Origin: a virus
Lineage: Duplodnaviria > Caudoviricetes
Virus record (IMG/VR): IMGVR_UViG_3300021408_000001
Coordinates: 68,905 to 132,904 of that record
Direction: 5' to 3' (one strand)
Length of the DNA: 64,000 nucleotides
Position numbers and translations under genes: made by a program. Below, piece after piece: positions 38,777 through 50,466 of the stretch (position 1 is its first letter; every line of letters starts with the position of its first letter). The notes beneath the pieces were generated by a model that saw only the letters and a program-made list of their open reading frames with translations, did no database searches and was not told the origin of the DNA.

Positions 38777-39133
38777 ATGCTATCGAATGACGAAATCGAA
38801 TTCGTACTCCATGGTGAATGGCAAGAGTCTCGTAGTACACCGTGCGCTGAATGTCCATGGCGACGCGCGTCGGTTCCGGGACACACAGGGCCTGTCGAGC
38901 CAGAATCTTGGGTAAACCAGGCCCATGCTGATGGACCTATTCATTGCCATCAGACTATCGCTGAGCATGACATGAGCTTGGACGATTCCCGGCTACGTCA
39001 GTGTGCTGGTGCTGCACGATTCAGGGCTAATGTATGCAAGACGCCACGTAATCCAACGGCTGCAAAGGGTCCAGCTGATAGAGAGAAAATCTTTGTATCG
39101 AACAAGGAGTTCTTGGATCATCATGGCCGGTGA
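38777..39133 (+). CDS. DUF6283-like Cys-rich protein
   Basis: PCAECPWRR..CH..CAG motif. Confidence 0.6.
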   Translation: MLSNDEIEFVLHGEWQESRSTPCAECPWRRASVPGHTGPVEPESWVNQAHADGPIHCHQTIAEHDMSLDDSRLRQCAGAARFRANVCKTPRNPTAAKGPADREKIFVSNKEFLDHHGR

Positions 39134-39340
39134 CATTGTTCCGCGCAATGATGAAATCATTAACAGAACACGCAACCGATGAAGAGTGAATTCAAGGATC
39201 AGTACCCTGGGTTCACCATCATATGTGACAGATGTGATAATCCAGATGTGTACATTAGATCTACTCTTGGTGGTAGATGGGCCTGTGTCAGGTTGTATTG
39301 TGATTATTGTAAGAACGAGGTAACTGTTACAGTACCCTAA

Positions 39341-39415
39341 GCGGGTGTAGCCCAATTGGCAGGAGGCGCGACATTCAAACCGTCGACAGTGTGGGTTCGA
39401 ATCCCATCGCCCGTA
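39341..39415 (+). tRNA. tRNA-Leu(CAA), short variable loop
   Basis: Cloverleaf; loop TT-CAA-AC; one anticodon-stem mismatch. Confidence 0.88.
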
Positions 39416-39445
39416 CGTTAACGAATATTTTCTGGGGCATAAAAC

Positions 39446-39877
39446 ATGGCTTACAAAAACTTAGATTCCCAAAGAGAATATCAACGCCTATGGAATAGGA
39501 ATAGGCGTATACGCTGGTTAGCGGATAATGGGCCATGTACAGATTGTGGTACGTGGGAGGAACTCGAAGTAGACCACGAAAATGCAAAAGAAAAAATCAC
39601 GCATAAGGTGTGGTCATGGTCCGAACTTAGAAGAAACCAGGAACTAAGTAAATGTGTGGTTAGATGTCATGATTGCCATGCTGCTAAGAGGATCGTTAAT
39701 AGAGAATACGCATACGGTGAAAATCATGGTAATGCCCAGCTGACAAATAATCAGGTTATAGATATAAGAAGAAGAGTTGCCTCCGGAGAGCGCCAAGTGG
39801 ATCTAGCGAAAGAATTCGGAGTTAAAAAGAATACTATTTGTGATATTATTAATGGGCGCACGTGGAAAACCGTGTGA
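39446..39877 (+). CDS. HNH endonuclease with C-terminal HTH
   Basis: CTDCG..LEVDH..CVVRCHDCH; YGENHGNAQLT..LAKEFGV..I..GRTWK. Confidence 0.85.
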   Translation: MAYKNLDSQREYQRLWNRNRRIRWLADNGPCTDCGTWEELEVDHENAKEKITHKVWSWSELRRNQELSKCVVRCHDCHAAKRIVNREYAYGENHGNAQLTNNQVIDIRRRVASGERQVDLAKEFGVKKNTICDIINGRTWKTV

Positions 39878-40180
39878 AGGTACGTACTATGAAGTATAGA
39901 ACAATGCTTCTTTCCAGTCAGTGTCTAGCGCAAGTCGTTCTGCTGGGTACAATAACTGTCGGACTCGGAATAGCAACTATTAAATGTCTCCGTACGAAAT
40001 TCTATTAAACATAATCATACCCATTGAAGCACTAGTAATGATAGTGGTAATTGGGTCAGTGGTGCATAGTGATGTCAAATACCATATGGAGCAGAAAAAG
40101 AAAAAGCGTAGAGCAATATATTACGCCAGACGAGATCCATTTAGCTATGAATTATATAAGCGCTTTGGAAGATTACCTGA

Positions 40181-40253
40181 GGGGGCGTAGCCCAATGGCA
40201 GAGGCAATAGGTTGAGGGCCTATCCAGTGTGGGTTCGACTCCCACCGTCCTCA
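40181..40253 (+). tRNA. tRNA-Leu(GAG), short variable loop
   Basis: Cloverleaf; ATAGG-TTGAGGG-CCTAT. Confidence 0.9.
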
Positions 40254-41500
40254 CGGTAAAATGGTTTAAGCAACACTCTCTAATCGACCTACCTATCCGG
40301 AAAGGCTGGCTATGACTGCGGTCGTGCTTGCCATGATGGCTTTAGTAGTATCCATAATTGCTGCTCTATGTGCTATTATTCAAACATATAGAGAACGCAA
40401 CAAGGACCAAGGTGGGGGCGTATGATCAGGAATGTTGGGTCTAAATTTGGGGTGGTAGAGAAGTGGACTTACATGATCCTCTTTTTCATACCGAGTGTTA
40501 TACTATGGGCATACTTCCGACTTTTTGATCGAGAGCGGTTACAGAGTGGTCATGAATACACTGACTACTGGATATCCATATACGTACGCGTGTCCGTAGC
40601 CATCGAGCTGACCTTGATATTATGGGTCCTACTAGTGATCTTTGGAGACTGAGCATGTCCAATGAAGATGTTAGCGCTGGGTTAGCTGTTTATGGTAACA
40701 TCATCAAACGACTTCTCTCCGGCTGGATACCTAATCATAAGAGCGGTGTTTTAGTACATCAGTGGTGGCATCCTCATAAACCAAATAACTATATAGATCC
40801 GATGTCCGAAGCTGAGTTCCTAATTCTTGATGAATTAGAGCATGAATTGGACACGGAAACAATCAAGGGACTGAAAATAAATGAATGAGACCCAATTCGA
40901 GCTAATTTGTGAGCGTGTCCATTATACATGGATAGATAAGAAACTGAAGCAGGGTATCATATCACGCCGCGCTGAAGATGGCGAAGAGTTGATGGTTGGA
41001 TACAAGAGACTATCTGAAAAGGCTAAAGATCTCGATAGAGATACAGTTCGTACGGTTTTAGACGCAGTAGATGAGCTAGATGAGCTAGATCTATGAGCAG
41101 TGTCTATGAGCATTATCTTCCTCTTGCTTTTCCATACCGACTAGAAGCCCACAAGGATACAGTTGATGACTTAGTCAGGCAACTAATATCTTGGACTAGG
41201 TCCGACACACCTGTTGGCTCTAGCTTCGCTGTAACAGTCGAGCGCGCACCAGAGCGTACCTACCTATGGTTGAGTAGGGTGAGTGCTGATTTTATCAGAA
41301 AGTATCTAGTAGATGATATAATCGTATCAACCGTAGAAACTAGAGAGTGACATGCGCGAAGATCCGAAGTTCCAGTGCTCTTGTGTGGTATGTCCATGCG
41401 AATACCCAGTTTTCAATGAGAACGTTTTTTGTCAAAAATGTACTATTGGGTATCATGTCCTAGTAGATCTCGGACGTGACCCAGGGGAATCGGACTAGTA

Positions 41501-42706
41501 ATGCCTACTGTAGAAACAGGAAACCCCAAGCTGCTATCTTGGGCATCAGACCAGGACGGGGCCGTGCTAGCACAGGCCTCTCGTAGCGCGAGCTTGCCTA
41601 TTGTCCATGGACATGTGGCACTTATGCCGGATGCACATATCGGCTTTGGTGCAACGGTAGGTTCTGTTATACCTACAGAGGGTGCGATTATTCCCTCTGC
41701 TGTTGGAGTTGACATTGGTTGCGGAATAATTGCAGCTAAGCTACCACTAACGTCTGCTGCGCTTGGAGACAACCTAGAGCGCCTACACACAGTGGGATTG
41801 CTCGCGCTGTACCGGCTGGTGTTGGCCAGGGTCATAACAAGATAGTACATACCACAGATCACGAGCATTTCCCAAGGGCTATTTCGCACACGCTTCATGA
41901 CCACAAGACTCATGGTCCTCTTAAGTCTTTGTGGGCTAGAGCTGAGCACCAATTTGGTACGTTAGGTTCAGGCAATCATTTCATTGAGATCAGTCTTGAT
42001 GAAGCTGATGGTGTTTGGGTTGTACTGCACAGTGGGAGCCGTAACGTAGGCAAGGAGCTTGCTGAGCTACACATTGATGTAGCTAAGGGTGTCATGAAGG
42101 AATTGCACGTTAAGATCCCTGACACTGACCTTGCGTACCTTATTCAGGGTACAGATGAATTTGATCATTACATTGCTGATATGCTATGGGCACAGGAGTA
42201 CGCTCTAGGCAACCGCCGAGGTGATGATGGATGCCGTACTAGATGAGGTTATGCACCATTTGGGGGTTAGATTCAATCCTCATTCTCGTAGTACACCTCG
42301 TATCAATTGCCATCACAACTATTCTGCTTTGGAGTACCATGATGGTAAGGAGTTGTGGATCACCCGCAAGGGTGCAATCAAGGCGAGCATAGGAGATCCA
42401 GGAATCATCCCTGGTTCGATGGGAACCAATACCTATATCGTTGAGGGTCTAGGTAACTCGCTGAGCTATGAATCGTGTAGTCATGGCGCTGGTCGTCGGA
42501 TGAGCCGTGGTCAGGCTAGGCGCTCGCTAGACGTTGAAACCGACCTTATGGGTGCAATGGCTGGTAAGGTCTGGAACAACAGTAAAAAGCTAATTGATGA
42601 GGCGCCAGGCGCTTATAAGGATATTGACCAGGTCATGAAAGATCAAAGCGACTTGTGTGTCATCAAGCATACGCTGAGTGCAGTACTTAATTACAAGGGA
42701 CACTAA
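41501..42706 (+). pseudogene. rtcB: RtcB RNA ligase, split by two frameshifts (real or assembly error)
   Basis: MPDAH.G.G..VG, AVGVDIGCG, GTLGSGNHF, LHSGSR, HHNY, RKGA, PGSMG, SHGAGR, DEAP.AYK; extra AC near 41789 and extra C near 42217. Confidence 0.88.
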
Positions 42707-42947
42707 ATGGACGTAGTAGAATCAATCGTCAATTCATGGACAGTGTTTGAACACATTAGACGTGTAAAACGCTGGAAGGATGACGATTTAGCTTGGATCA
42801 AGATGTCACAAGATGCTCTACAGGATAGTCTTGGGCAATTGATTGGTAGAGATAAGGCTGTTAAGCGCATAGCTAATGCGCGCATCGCTCTTCGTGAGTG
42901 GCATGAAGAACAAAATCAACCAGTAGATGAGGGGCCTAAAAAACAAA

Positions 42948-43406
42948 ATGAAGTTCCATGAGGATCATACCTTACCTGAGAATTACGAGGTGTGGGTGTT
43001 TGGCAGCAACCTAGCTGGTGTTCATGGTGGCGGTGCCGCTAAGGTGGCTCGTGAGCAATTTGGTGCCAGATTGGGTATTGGTGTAGGAATTATCGGTCGG
43101 ACGTATGCCATTCCTACTAAGAATGAGCTTATAGATACGATGTCTCTTAATGAGATCTTGCCCTATATCGATCAGTTTGTGCAGTTTACTCACGACAATC
43201 CAACCGTGGATTTTTTCGTCACAAGAGTAGGCTGTGGCCTTGCTGGTTATCGAGACGACCAGGTAGCACCCTTGTTCTATGGCGCTAATAATGCTAATTG
43301 CAACTTCCCGGAAGAATGGCAAGATTATCTTTTAGGTGAGAATGCCAGCGCCAACGCCGATGTACTCAAAAGGTTGCTACAGAATGATGAGGGATCAAAT
43401 GAGTGA
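42948..43406 (+). CDS. A1S_2505-like conserved phage protein
   Basis: VFGSNLAG.HGGGAA..YAIPTK..VTRVGCGLAGY. Confidence 0.75.
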   Translation: MKFHEDHTLPENYEVWVFGSNLAGVHGGGAAKVAREQFGARLGIGVGIIGRTYAIPTKNELIDTMSLNEILPYIDQFVQFTHDNPTVDFFVTRVGCGLAGYRDDQVAPLFYGANNANCNFPEEWQDYLLGENASANADVLKRLLQNDEGSNE

Positions 43407-43734
43407 CGACCCGTGGAAGTCAGAAGAAGCACAAGCGTGGGTGAAACACATCGTTGATGATGTTCTGCCAAACATGGAAGACTCATCATTTGTGATATCT
43501 ATCACACCTAGTGATGAAGGTGATGTTAAATATTGGGTAGAACTTGGCGCATCTATCATGATGAACAAGCCTATCTTGGTAGTCGCCGTAGATAATAGGG
43601 ATGTGCCTGATAAGCTGCGATTGGTAGCTGACGAGATAGTTATTCTTCCTGGTAAACTCAGCAAGGATGAGCCCTCACTTAATGCGGCTATTGAGCGTAT
43701 GAAGGCCAAGATTGATGCTGAAGATAACTCATGA
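43399..43734 (+). CDS. hypothetical protein (possible nucleoside deoxyribosyltransferase-like fold)
   Basis: VELGASIMMNKPILVV resembles the E-x-G-x-A..KP motif. Confidence 0.45.
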   Translation: MSDDPWKSEEAQAWVKHIVDDVLPNMEDSSFVISITPSDEGDVKYWVELGASIMMNKPILVVAVDNRDVPDKLRLVADEIVILPGKLSKDEPSLNAAIERMKAKIDAEDNS

Positions 43735-43939
43735 TCATAGGAACCAACTAGTCGAAGTTGGTCATTTACTACTAATGATTGCTACTGATCAAGGATTTCG
43801 CAAGTCTGTGAAATCTGATTCATGAGTACTGTACATTACGTTATCTTACTTATCGTCCTAATTATTTGTGGTATCTCTGCGGTTACGGGAATAATTATAG
43901 AAGGCATAAATCGTAGGCGAGAACGCAAGAGGTCGAATC

Positions 43940-44239
43940 ATGACGAAGGTGGTCAATCTAAAAGATGAATCTTTTGATGTATACATAGGTCGAGCTAATC
44001 CAACCTATGGACTAGATAGATCTGTATGGCGTAATATCTATACCATCAGAAAAGATGGCAATAGAGAAGAAGTCATCCAGATGTACGAAGTCTATGTTCG
44101 TAGTAATCCTTACTTGCTAGCGCGCTTGTCTGAGCTGCGCGGCAAGACATTAGGTTGCTGGTGCGCTCCCTTGCCTTGTCATGGGGATGTATTAGTTAAG
44201 CTCCTACAAGAGCTTGATGAGGGCAGGTTAGAGATGTGA
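43940..44239 (+). CDS. DUF4326 domain protein
   Basis: DVYIGR..ELRGKTLGCWCAPLPCHGDVL. Confidence 0.85.
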   Translation: MTKVVNLKDESFDVYIGRANPTYGLDRSVWRNIYTIRKDGNREEVIQMYEVYVRSNPYLLARLSELRGKTLGCWCAPLPCHGDVLVKLLQELDEGRLEM

Positions 44240-44563
44240 CTGAACTATGTCGCCGGTGTGGTGTAAAGCCAGGCACAGAACGGTTTTACACACCTAACCC
44301 CAAACAGCCATACCCGGCATTAGCCGGGATGCAGGTGAAGTTCTCACTCAAAAGAACTGTTGGCTGCGATACTTGTTGGGCAGAGTTTGAAGACGAGATC
44401 AAAACATACATATCAACATATGACGAATGACTTCCTATTCAACCTATTACTCAAATTCATAGGATTTGTGATAATGTGCGGGGTTCTCGGATTAACGTTC
44501 GAGCAATCGCTAGGCATGTTAATCGCATTATTCCTGATGACATCCGAATTCAAGGTTAAGTGA

Positions 44564-44599
44564 AATGAGGGGGAGCTTAGCTCCCCCTCATTCCTTTTT
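44564..44599. terminator. intrinsic terminator between convergent genes
   Basis: AATGAGGGGGAGC-TTA-GCTCCCCCTCATT followed by CCTTTTT. Confidence 0.75.
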
Positions 44600-44601
44600 A
44601 T

Positions 44602-44820
44602 TTAAGAATTAGCGTGTGGTGGACCATCAACGCTACGAACATCACTTATGGCGTTCATAACATGGCCACGAGGTCGAGGCCTACGAGATTCCCGTGAATA
44701 AATCTCGTTAGCTCGAAGACTACGCTCTGTAGGACTAACGTTAGTATCAGTTACCCACTCAATTACAGCCTGATCATCTTCGATATCAGGTTGCTTGTCC
44801 TTGGTATCTTTACCGGCCAT
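44602..44820 (-). CDS. hypothetical protein (lone - strand gene)
   Basis: AAGGAG RBS on - strand; ends at terminator. Confidence 0.65.
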   Translation of the reverse strand: MAGKDTKDKQPDIEDDQAVIEWVTDTNVSPTERSLRANEIYSRESRRPRPRGHVMNAISDVRSVDGPPHANS

Positions 44821-45899
44821 GGCTTACAGCTCCTTGACTTGTGGAGTAAAGCTAGCTACTTCGTATGTTCTACCCCAGGAACCGCGGCCGAACCAGCGCC
44901 CGGCCAGGAAGGCGAACAGGCGTTCGGGATAAACGAGGTTTACGAACCGTCTCTCTACTGTTATCGTACGACGGCATGCCGGTTCCCTACGGATGGATGC
45001 TCGCCACGATCGCTGCTCTTCGCGCCCGGGGACAGAGCGAGGTTCAAACTAGGGATTCATTGGGGGAATTGAAAACATTCAAAGACCTAGAAGGTGCTGC
45101 CGCGTACGCACTGATCAACCAAGATGTATGGAAAATCAGTTATAGCGAACGGGACGGAAAGAGGCGTAGATTCGTTCGGTGCGGGTGCGAGTGCAACTAC
45201 TTCTACGAAGAAGCGTTGGATAAGATCATCCTAGACCAAATAGCTAATCTAGAGAATGGTTGACAGCGGCAGGTACATAACAGTAAGAAGAACACTGACC
45301 CTCTGTCGCACCTGTGAGCGCGTTGAGTTCATGGTGGAGGCTGGGCCGTTCTTCTGGCGTTGTAGTGAATGCTACCAATTGCAGGCTAAGGAGCTTGATT
45401 GATGAGCTGGCTTTTAACAGTACTCTGTATAGGCGGTGCGAGTTGGGCACTCCTAGACAGCATTGTGAATTTCCATAGTCAATTCATGGATAGCCTCTTG
45501 GGTGAGCAGACAAAGATCACTCCTACACATCAGGTTTATGTTTACGTTAGAAATGACAAGGATCTCAATTACTTCAAGGAAATTGAAGTTACTAGAAATC
45601 TGGGTACATCTAACTATATTCGGTTCCTAGATGGATTGATTTCTAGGACTGATGGTAATAGAGGATATTGGGTTGATCATTTTGATGCTGATCAGGAACA
45701 TCATTATATGAAGTTCGGAGATTAATGCGTAGTAGTTATCTACCTACATGTTGTAAATGTGATAGTGCTGCATCATGGACAGATAATGGTTGGCGTTACT
45801 ACTGCCCTAAGCATAGGCACGACTTCTGCGAACCACTAACTAGTCATACAATTAGTATGAGAAATGCAGCAATGACAATTCTAAATGAGCGGAAAGAAG

Positions 45900-46274
45900 A
45901 TGGCTGAACTAACATCAGAAGAAGTAACTGACATTTTTAGTGAGGTTTATGATGAGCATGGGGATCTAGAAGTAGAACTTTCTATAGGTGGTGTTCGTAG
46001 GTTTCGTACGAGCATGCTCGAACAGCACAGGAGTAGGATCCGCGAGCTGCTTCTAGACCTTCCTGACCTCTTTATGAAGTCAAAGGGTGGTGGCTGGTCA
46101 TTCCTTAATGCTTGTGATAATAAGGATGGGAATCAGTGGACTGGACTACACATGGTTATGGGGCAACTCTTTGGAATGGGTGAGGCCCTCGGGTTAGTCG
46201 AATCTCTACTGCCCAAAGAAATGTGGAGTGCGCTCCCCGGCGGAATGCCTTACTACGTAGTCGATGACACCTAA
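45900..46274 (+). CDS. conserved-looking hypothetical protein
   Basis: GGGWSFLNAC..G.QWTG..LPGGMPY. Confidence 0.75.
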   Translation: MAELTSEEVTDIFSEVYDEHGDLEVELSIGGVRRFRTSMLEQHRSRIRELLLDLPDLFMKSKGGGWSFLNACDNKDGNQWTGLHMVMGQLFGMGEALGLVESLLPKEMWSALPGGMPYYVVDDT

Positions 46275-46800
46275 CAGATTGATTGAATTGGTAAATCTAA
46301 ATAACCTCGTTTTCGTAGATGTAGAGGCCACAGGAAGATCTCCGTGGTCCGGCATCATGACCGAGTTTGGCGCTGTACACTATACGAGTCGAGAGACTTT
46401 CCACGGGGTGCTCGTTGACTCTGAACCAAGTAAGGAAAATCCAGCCATCCCCAGCATTATTCTTGGTGGCACTGAATATGACGCCGAGAAAGTCATGTCT
46501 GAATTTGTTCAATGGCTAGGGAATCTGACTGCTCATAGGCCAGTATTCGTTAGTGATAATCCGGCATATGACTTTCAGTGGATCAATTACTACACTGATA
46601 AGTACCTAGGGTTAAATCCTTTCGGGTACTCTGGTAGACGCATTGGTGATTTTTGGGCAGGTTATAAGAATGATTTTGGAGAGGCTCAGTCTTGGAAGCA
46701 ACTGCGTAAGACCAAGCATGATCACAATCCTGTGAATGATGCTATGGGTAACGTTGAGGCTTTCGAGGAGATCCTGAGAAGAATCAAAAATGAAGCTTAG
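46264..46800 (+). CDS. DEDDh 3'-5' exo(ribo)nuclease
   Basis: VDVEATG (ExoI), NPAYD (ExoII), HNPVNDA (ExoIII). Confidence 0.8.
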   Translation: MTPNRLIELVNLNNLVFVDVEATGRSPWSGIMTEFGAVHYTSRETFHGVLVDSEPSKENPAIPSIILGGTEYDAEKVMSEFVQWLGNLTAHRPVFVSDNPAYDFQWINYYTDKYLGLNPFGYSGRRIGDFWAGYKNDFGEAQSWKQLRKTKHDHNPVNDAMGNVEAFEEILRRIKNEA

Positions 46801-47418
46801 GGCATTCGTCGTAGAGGTAGTTTGCGCGCTGGTGCTCATGGCTATCGGAATGTGTATAGGAGTCGTCCTAGACCCATTTATGAATGGGAATGCCGAGGAC
46901 CCAGCAGAAGAGGAAGAGACGGAACGAGTAGAAGTAGAAATTCCACCTATCGAAGAATCGATAGTGTGGATGCTAAATGAAGACGGTAGTTGGACATGCA
47001 TTCCTGGCGGCCCAGAAGCAAAGTCTATGAAGGTGTGTGATGGAGCAGTCCCATAAATGCGAAATATGTAATGGTACCAGATACGAGTTCCGGGATTATC
47101 ACACACTGACTATTGAGCCATGCCGCGCATGCTCTGACTCTGATGAGGATGATTAATGAGTACCACGGAAAACCCTGAGCTATCAGAACTCGCATTTAGA
47201 AATCTTGTCGATAGAAGAAAGTTTATAACAAACATTCTCTTGGATATAGCAATTTTGGTGGCTGTTTTGTCTTTTGCGGGCGGCGCCACATATATGATTA
47301 TTAATTATCAAAATACCGAACGAGACACAAAAGTAAGTAGGATCGAGCAGTGCAGATCTATTGAAGATACTATTGACAGGTCGAAATGCATTCGGGGCTC
47401 TTAAGTAGGGAGAATCAA

Positions 47419-47613
47419 ATGGATGATGCTGATCGTGCTACCCTTAAGATGCGTCTGGCATGGTATAACTCTGAAGATAGTAAGAGGCGAGAACTTCTTC
47501 GAGTATTACATGATGATTTTGGCATGTCTGTCAAAAATATCGGGATACTACTGGGCCTCACTAATGGGGAAGTTCGTTACGCTTACTGGAAGCATATAAC
47601 GAGTGTAGCGTGA
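47419..47613 (+). CDS. small HTH-like protein
   Basis: RRELLRVLHDDFGMSVKNIG; paralog of 53281 ORF. Confidence 0.55.
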   Translation: MDDADRATLKMRLAWYNSEDSKRRELLRVLHDDFGMSVKNIGILLGLTNGEVRYAYWKHITSVA

Positions 47614-48382
47614 GGGAAAGAGTCACAGAATCCACGTACGTTGAACCTCACATTGTAACTAGATATATCGTAACCTGTGACGAATGCCCATTCGAGGTAG
47701 ATTTCTCTACCGAAGAGTTCGCTCAACAAGTTGCTTCCACACATAAAAAGGTTCATTTGAATGGCGTTTTCGACCAAATTTTTACTGGGACTAACCCGGC
47801 GTGGTAAGAAGTGGCATATTATCGGCATCAGCGAAAAGAGATTTAATAATGAATTAGCTGTATACGGCAGTGCTATATCGTACTGTGACTCAGAAGTAAT
47901 TGACCTAGTGACAGATGAATCGGGTAAGCCACGTTATTTTCCACCTCATGACATATTCAATATGTGTGTGAATTGTGTCAAGTCTAGTGGGATTGATGAA
48001 AACGAAATAGGTGAGTTAAATAAGACGGCATAAAGGAGGTTCCGGAGTGATTAGTGCTGTTGATCTAGTCGGAGCCAAGAAGGACAAGGGATTTGGGGTA
48101 AACAGAGTTTGTGCTGAAGATGACTGCCAAACCGTACTTAGTCGATACAACCAAAACGATAAGTGTTCGCTACACTTTAGTGTTTGGATGAATCGATGAT
48201 AGATAATCTTGATAGCCTAGGAAGATTCATTGCCCGGGCAGTAGCTGACGAAGATACCAGTGGCGGTATTGACATGGTCAGAACCTACGGCGTAGTAGCT
48301 AACCTTATTCATATCACATTAACTAATGGAAAAATATTTTCGATAGATATCTATTCCGCCGAAGAGAAGTAACAACCAACTA

Positions 48383-48457
48383 GCCCCTATAGCCCAATTG
48401 GCAGGAGGCAAGGGACTTAAAATCCTAACAGTGTGGGTTCGAATCCCACTGGGGGCA
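48383..48457 (+). tRNA. tRNA-Leu(TAA), short variable loop
   Basis: Cloverleaf; loop CT-TAA-AA. Confidence 0.9.
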
Positions 48458-48676
48458 CAGGAGGTTCGAAGTGCATACATATACACCGGAAGGAAAACGC
48501 TGTACCACCTATGTTTCTCCATTTGAGGATAGCATAGGTGGTTACTCACACGAACCATGTTTGGAATGTGGTACCTCCTGGTATGGTCACAACAATATTG
48601 GGCCTGGGTGGAGAGCCAGATCAGAAGCAAGAAAAATTCAATTGGGGTTGTATCCACATATCGTATTAGGAGAAAA

Positions 48677-49318
48677 TTGATCAAGCGAATCTTAATTCCT
48701 ACCGCTATCGCTATCTTTGCACTCGTCATAACGGCCTGTGAGCCAGCCGTCAAGGCTCCTCCGGTGCCGGATAGGGTCGCCATGGCAGGGGATAGCATCC
48801 TCTGGCAGGCCGCTTTGTACGGTGGTGATCTCCATGGCGCGGATCTCGACGGGAAGCTGTATCCTGGGTGGGAGTTCCGTCAGCCGCTCCCCCGGGTGAT
48901 CCAAGACGTGGCCGGAGCTGAGACGAGTCCAGACGTGTTAGTCATTGCTCTGGGCCAAAATGCTAGGGATGTTTATGGCTCCATTGAGTGGAGCGAACTT
49001 ACTAGCTTGGCTTTCTCGCCGCATGACGATGCTTGTGTCGTGTTGGTGAAGCCTCATATTGGATCAAGTAATCCAACGTATGTGGATAACTTGACGAGAG
49101 TTCGCAACGACATGCAGTCGATTGCGAACTCACGGCCAAATACCCCGATCGTTGATGTTACGGATCTATATACAGCACACCCAGAGCACCTAGCTGCCGA
49201 TGGTGTGCACTTAAATGTGCCAGCTAACTGGAACGATTGGATTCTTAATCCAATTTCGATTCCAGCAGCAATCGACTATGCCAACCTGATCTGGTCCGGC
49301 GTAGAACAATGTGGGTAA
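48677..49318 (+). CDS. SGNH/GDSL hydrolase lipoprotein
   Basis: Lipobox ITAC; GDS, LGQN and DGVH blocks. Confidence 0.75.
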   Translation: MIKRILIPTAIAIFALVITACEPAVKAPPVPDRVAMAGDSILWQAALYGGDLHGADLDGKLYPGWEFRQPLPRVIQDVAGAETSPDVLVIALGQNARDVYGSIEWSELTSLAFSPHDDACVVLVKPHIGSSNPTYVDNLTRVRNDMQSIANSRPNTPIVDVTDLYTAHPEHLAADGVHLNVPANWNDWILNPISIPAAIDYANLIWSGVEQCG

Positions 49319-49511
49319 GCTTTGAATACCGTGTTAGGGGAGCATCAACTCCCCTAGCATGGGGTAAAGCACAAGTGCTGCCAACTATAGGTCACACTGT
49401 AGTAATCAATGGTAATCCATGCCTAGTAGAAGACGTTGTCTGGTACTTAGGTGAGGATGACGTGCGAGTGATTCTCTATGTAAAACCATTATAGGTGAGA
49501 GGAGGTGGAAT

Positions 49512-49829
49512 TTGAGTAAGACTAAGATTGTCGTTTGGTCCATATTGGGGGTTGTCCTAATTGGCCTCGCTAGTTGGGGAGCATATGAGCTAGGATGGTT
49601 CCTAGAGGCCGAGAATACAGAGCGGCAGGTCCAGATTGACAATAATAACTCTGGTACCCAGACTGCCTGGCAGGATAAGGTACAGAACAACATCGCCAAG
49701 ATTGAGACTCTTGGAGAGGGTTCTCCTGCAAGCCGGGCACTGACTCATGAAGCTTGCGAGTATGCGGGCAAGCTGACTGATCAGTTCTTCACACGAGATA
49801 TCGAAGACTGGTACAATACAAACTGTTAA
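49512..49829 (+). CDS. membrane-anchored protein
   Basis: GAGGAGG RBS; N-terminal TM. Confidence 0.75.
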   Translation: MSKTKIVVWSILGVVLIGLASWGAYELGWFLEAENTERQVQIDNNNSGTQTAWQDKVQNNIAKIETLGEGSPASRALTHEACEYAGKLTDQFFTRDIEDWYNTNC

Positions 49830-49851
49830 TCACAACCAAAATAAGGACACA

Positions 49852-50466
49852 ATGTCAATTCTTAAGAACAAGAAGCTTTGGCTTCTAGCAGGACTTGTCT
49901 TGGTCATTGAACTACTCGCCTCTTGTGAGCAGGACGGTTCCGAGGGTGCCGAGGATAGACAGTCAGATACTATTAATACCGGTGTCAACAGGATTGTCGA
50001 GTCTGTAGAGAAGGTACAGAAGTCTAGTCCCCTTCCTGTGTTCGATTTTTCGCAGGAGTATCAGACTCTTGTTGATGTTCTGACCATTAGGGCCGAGGGT
50101 ACTAATGGTACTGCGGTTGCTACTAATCTCGATGGTAGTTTGAAGTGGTGGTGCCCTACTCTTGGTGCTCCAATTCCATCTACATACCAGGTCACACCAT
50201 CGCAGCAGTACGTGGACATCGACAGTGATGGAACACGAGAGAAGCTCCCTGTTGATTTGCCTGAACCCACAGGTGTAATTGTTGGTGACTCATCGGCAAC
50301 GTGGATTCTGTGTCTAGATAACGCAGGCACCAAGTTTGCCAAGTATGATGAGGCCAACATCGAGTGGGTTTCCGGTGAGGTCAGTGGACTACCTGCCGAC
50401 AAGCGTTCTCGGGTCGATGAGATCACTTTTGAGTTCACCGACCTTAACGAGGAAGACGAAGGTTAA
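49852..50466 (+). CDS. lipoprotein
   Basis: Lipobox LASC. Confidence 0.75.
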   Translation: MSILKNKKLWLLAGLVLVIELLASCEQDGSEGAEDRQSDTINTGVNRIVESVEKVQKSSPLPVFDFSQEYQTLVDVLTIRAEGTNGTAVATNLDGSLKWWCPTLGAPIPSTYQVTPSQQYVDIDSDGTREKLPVDLPEPTGVIVGDSSATWILCLDNAGTKFAKYDEANIEWVSGEVSGLPADKRSRVDEITFEFTDLNEEDEG

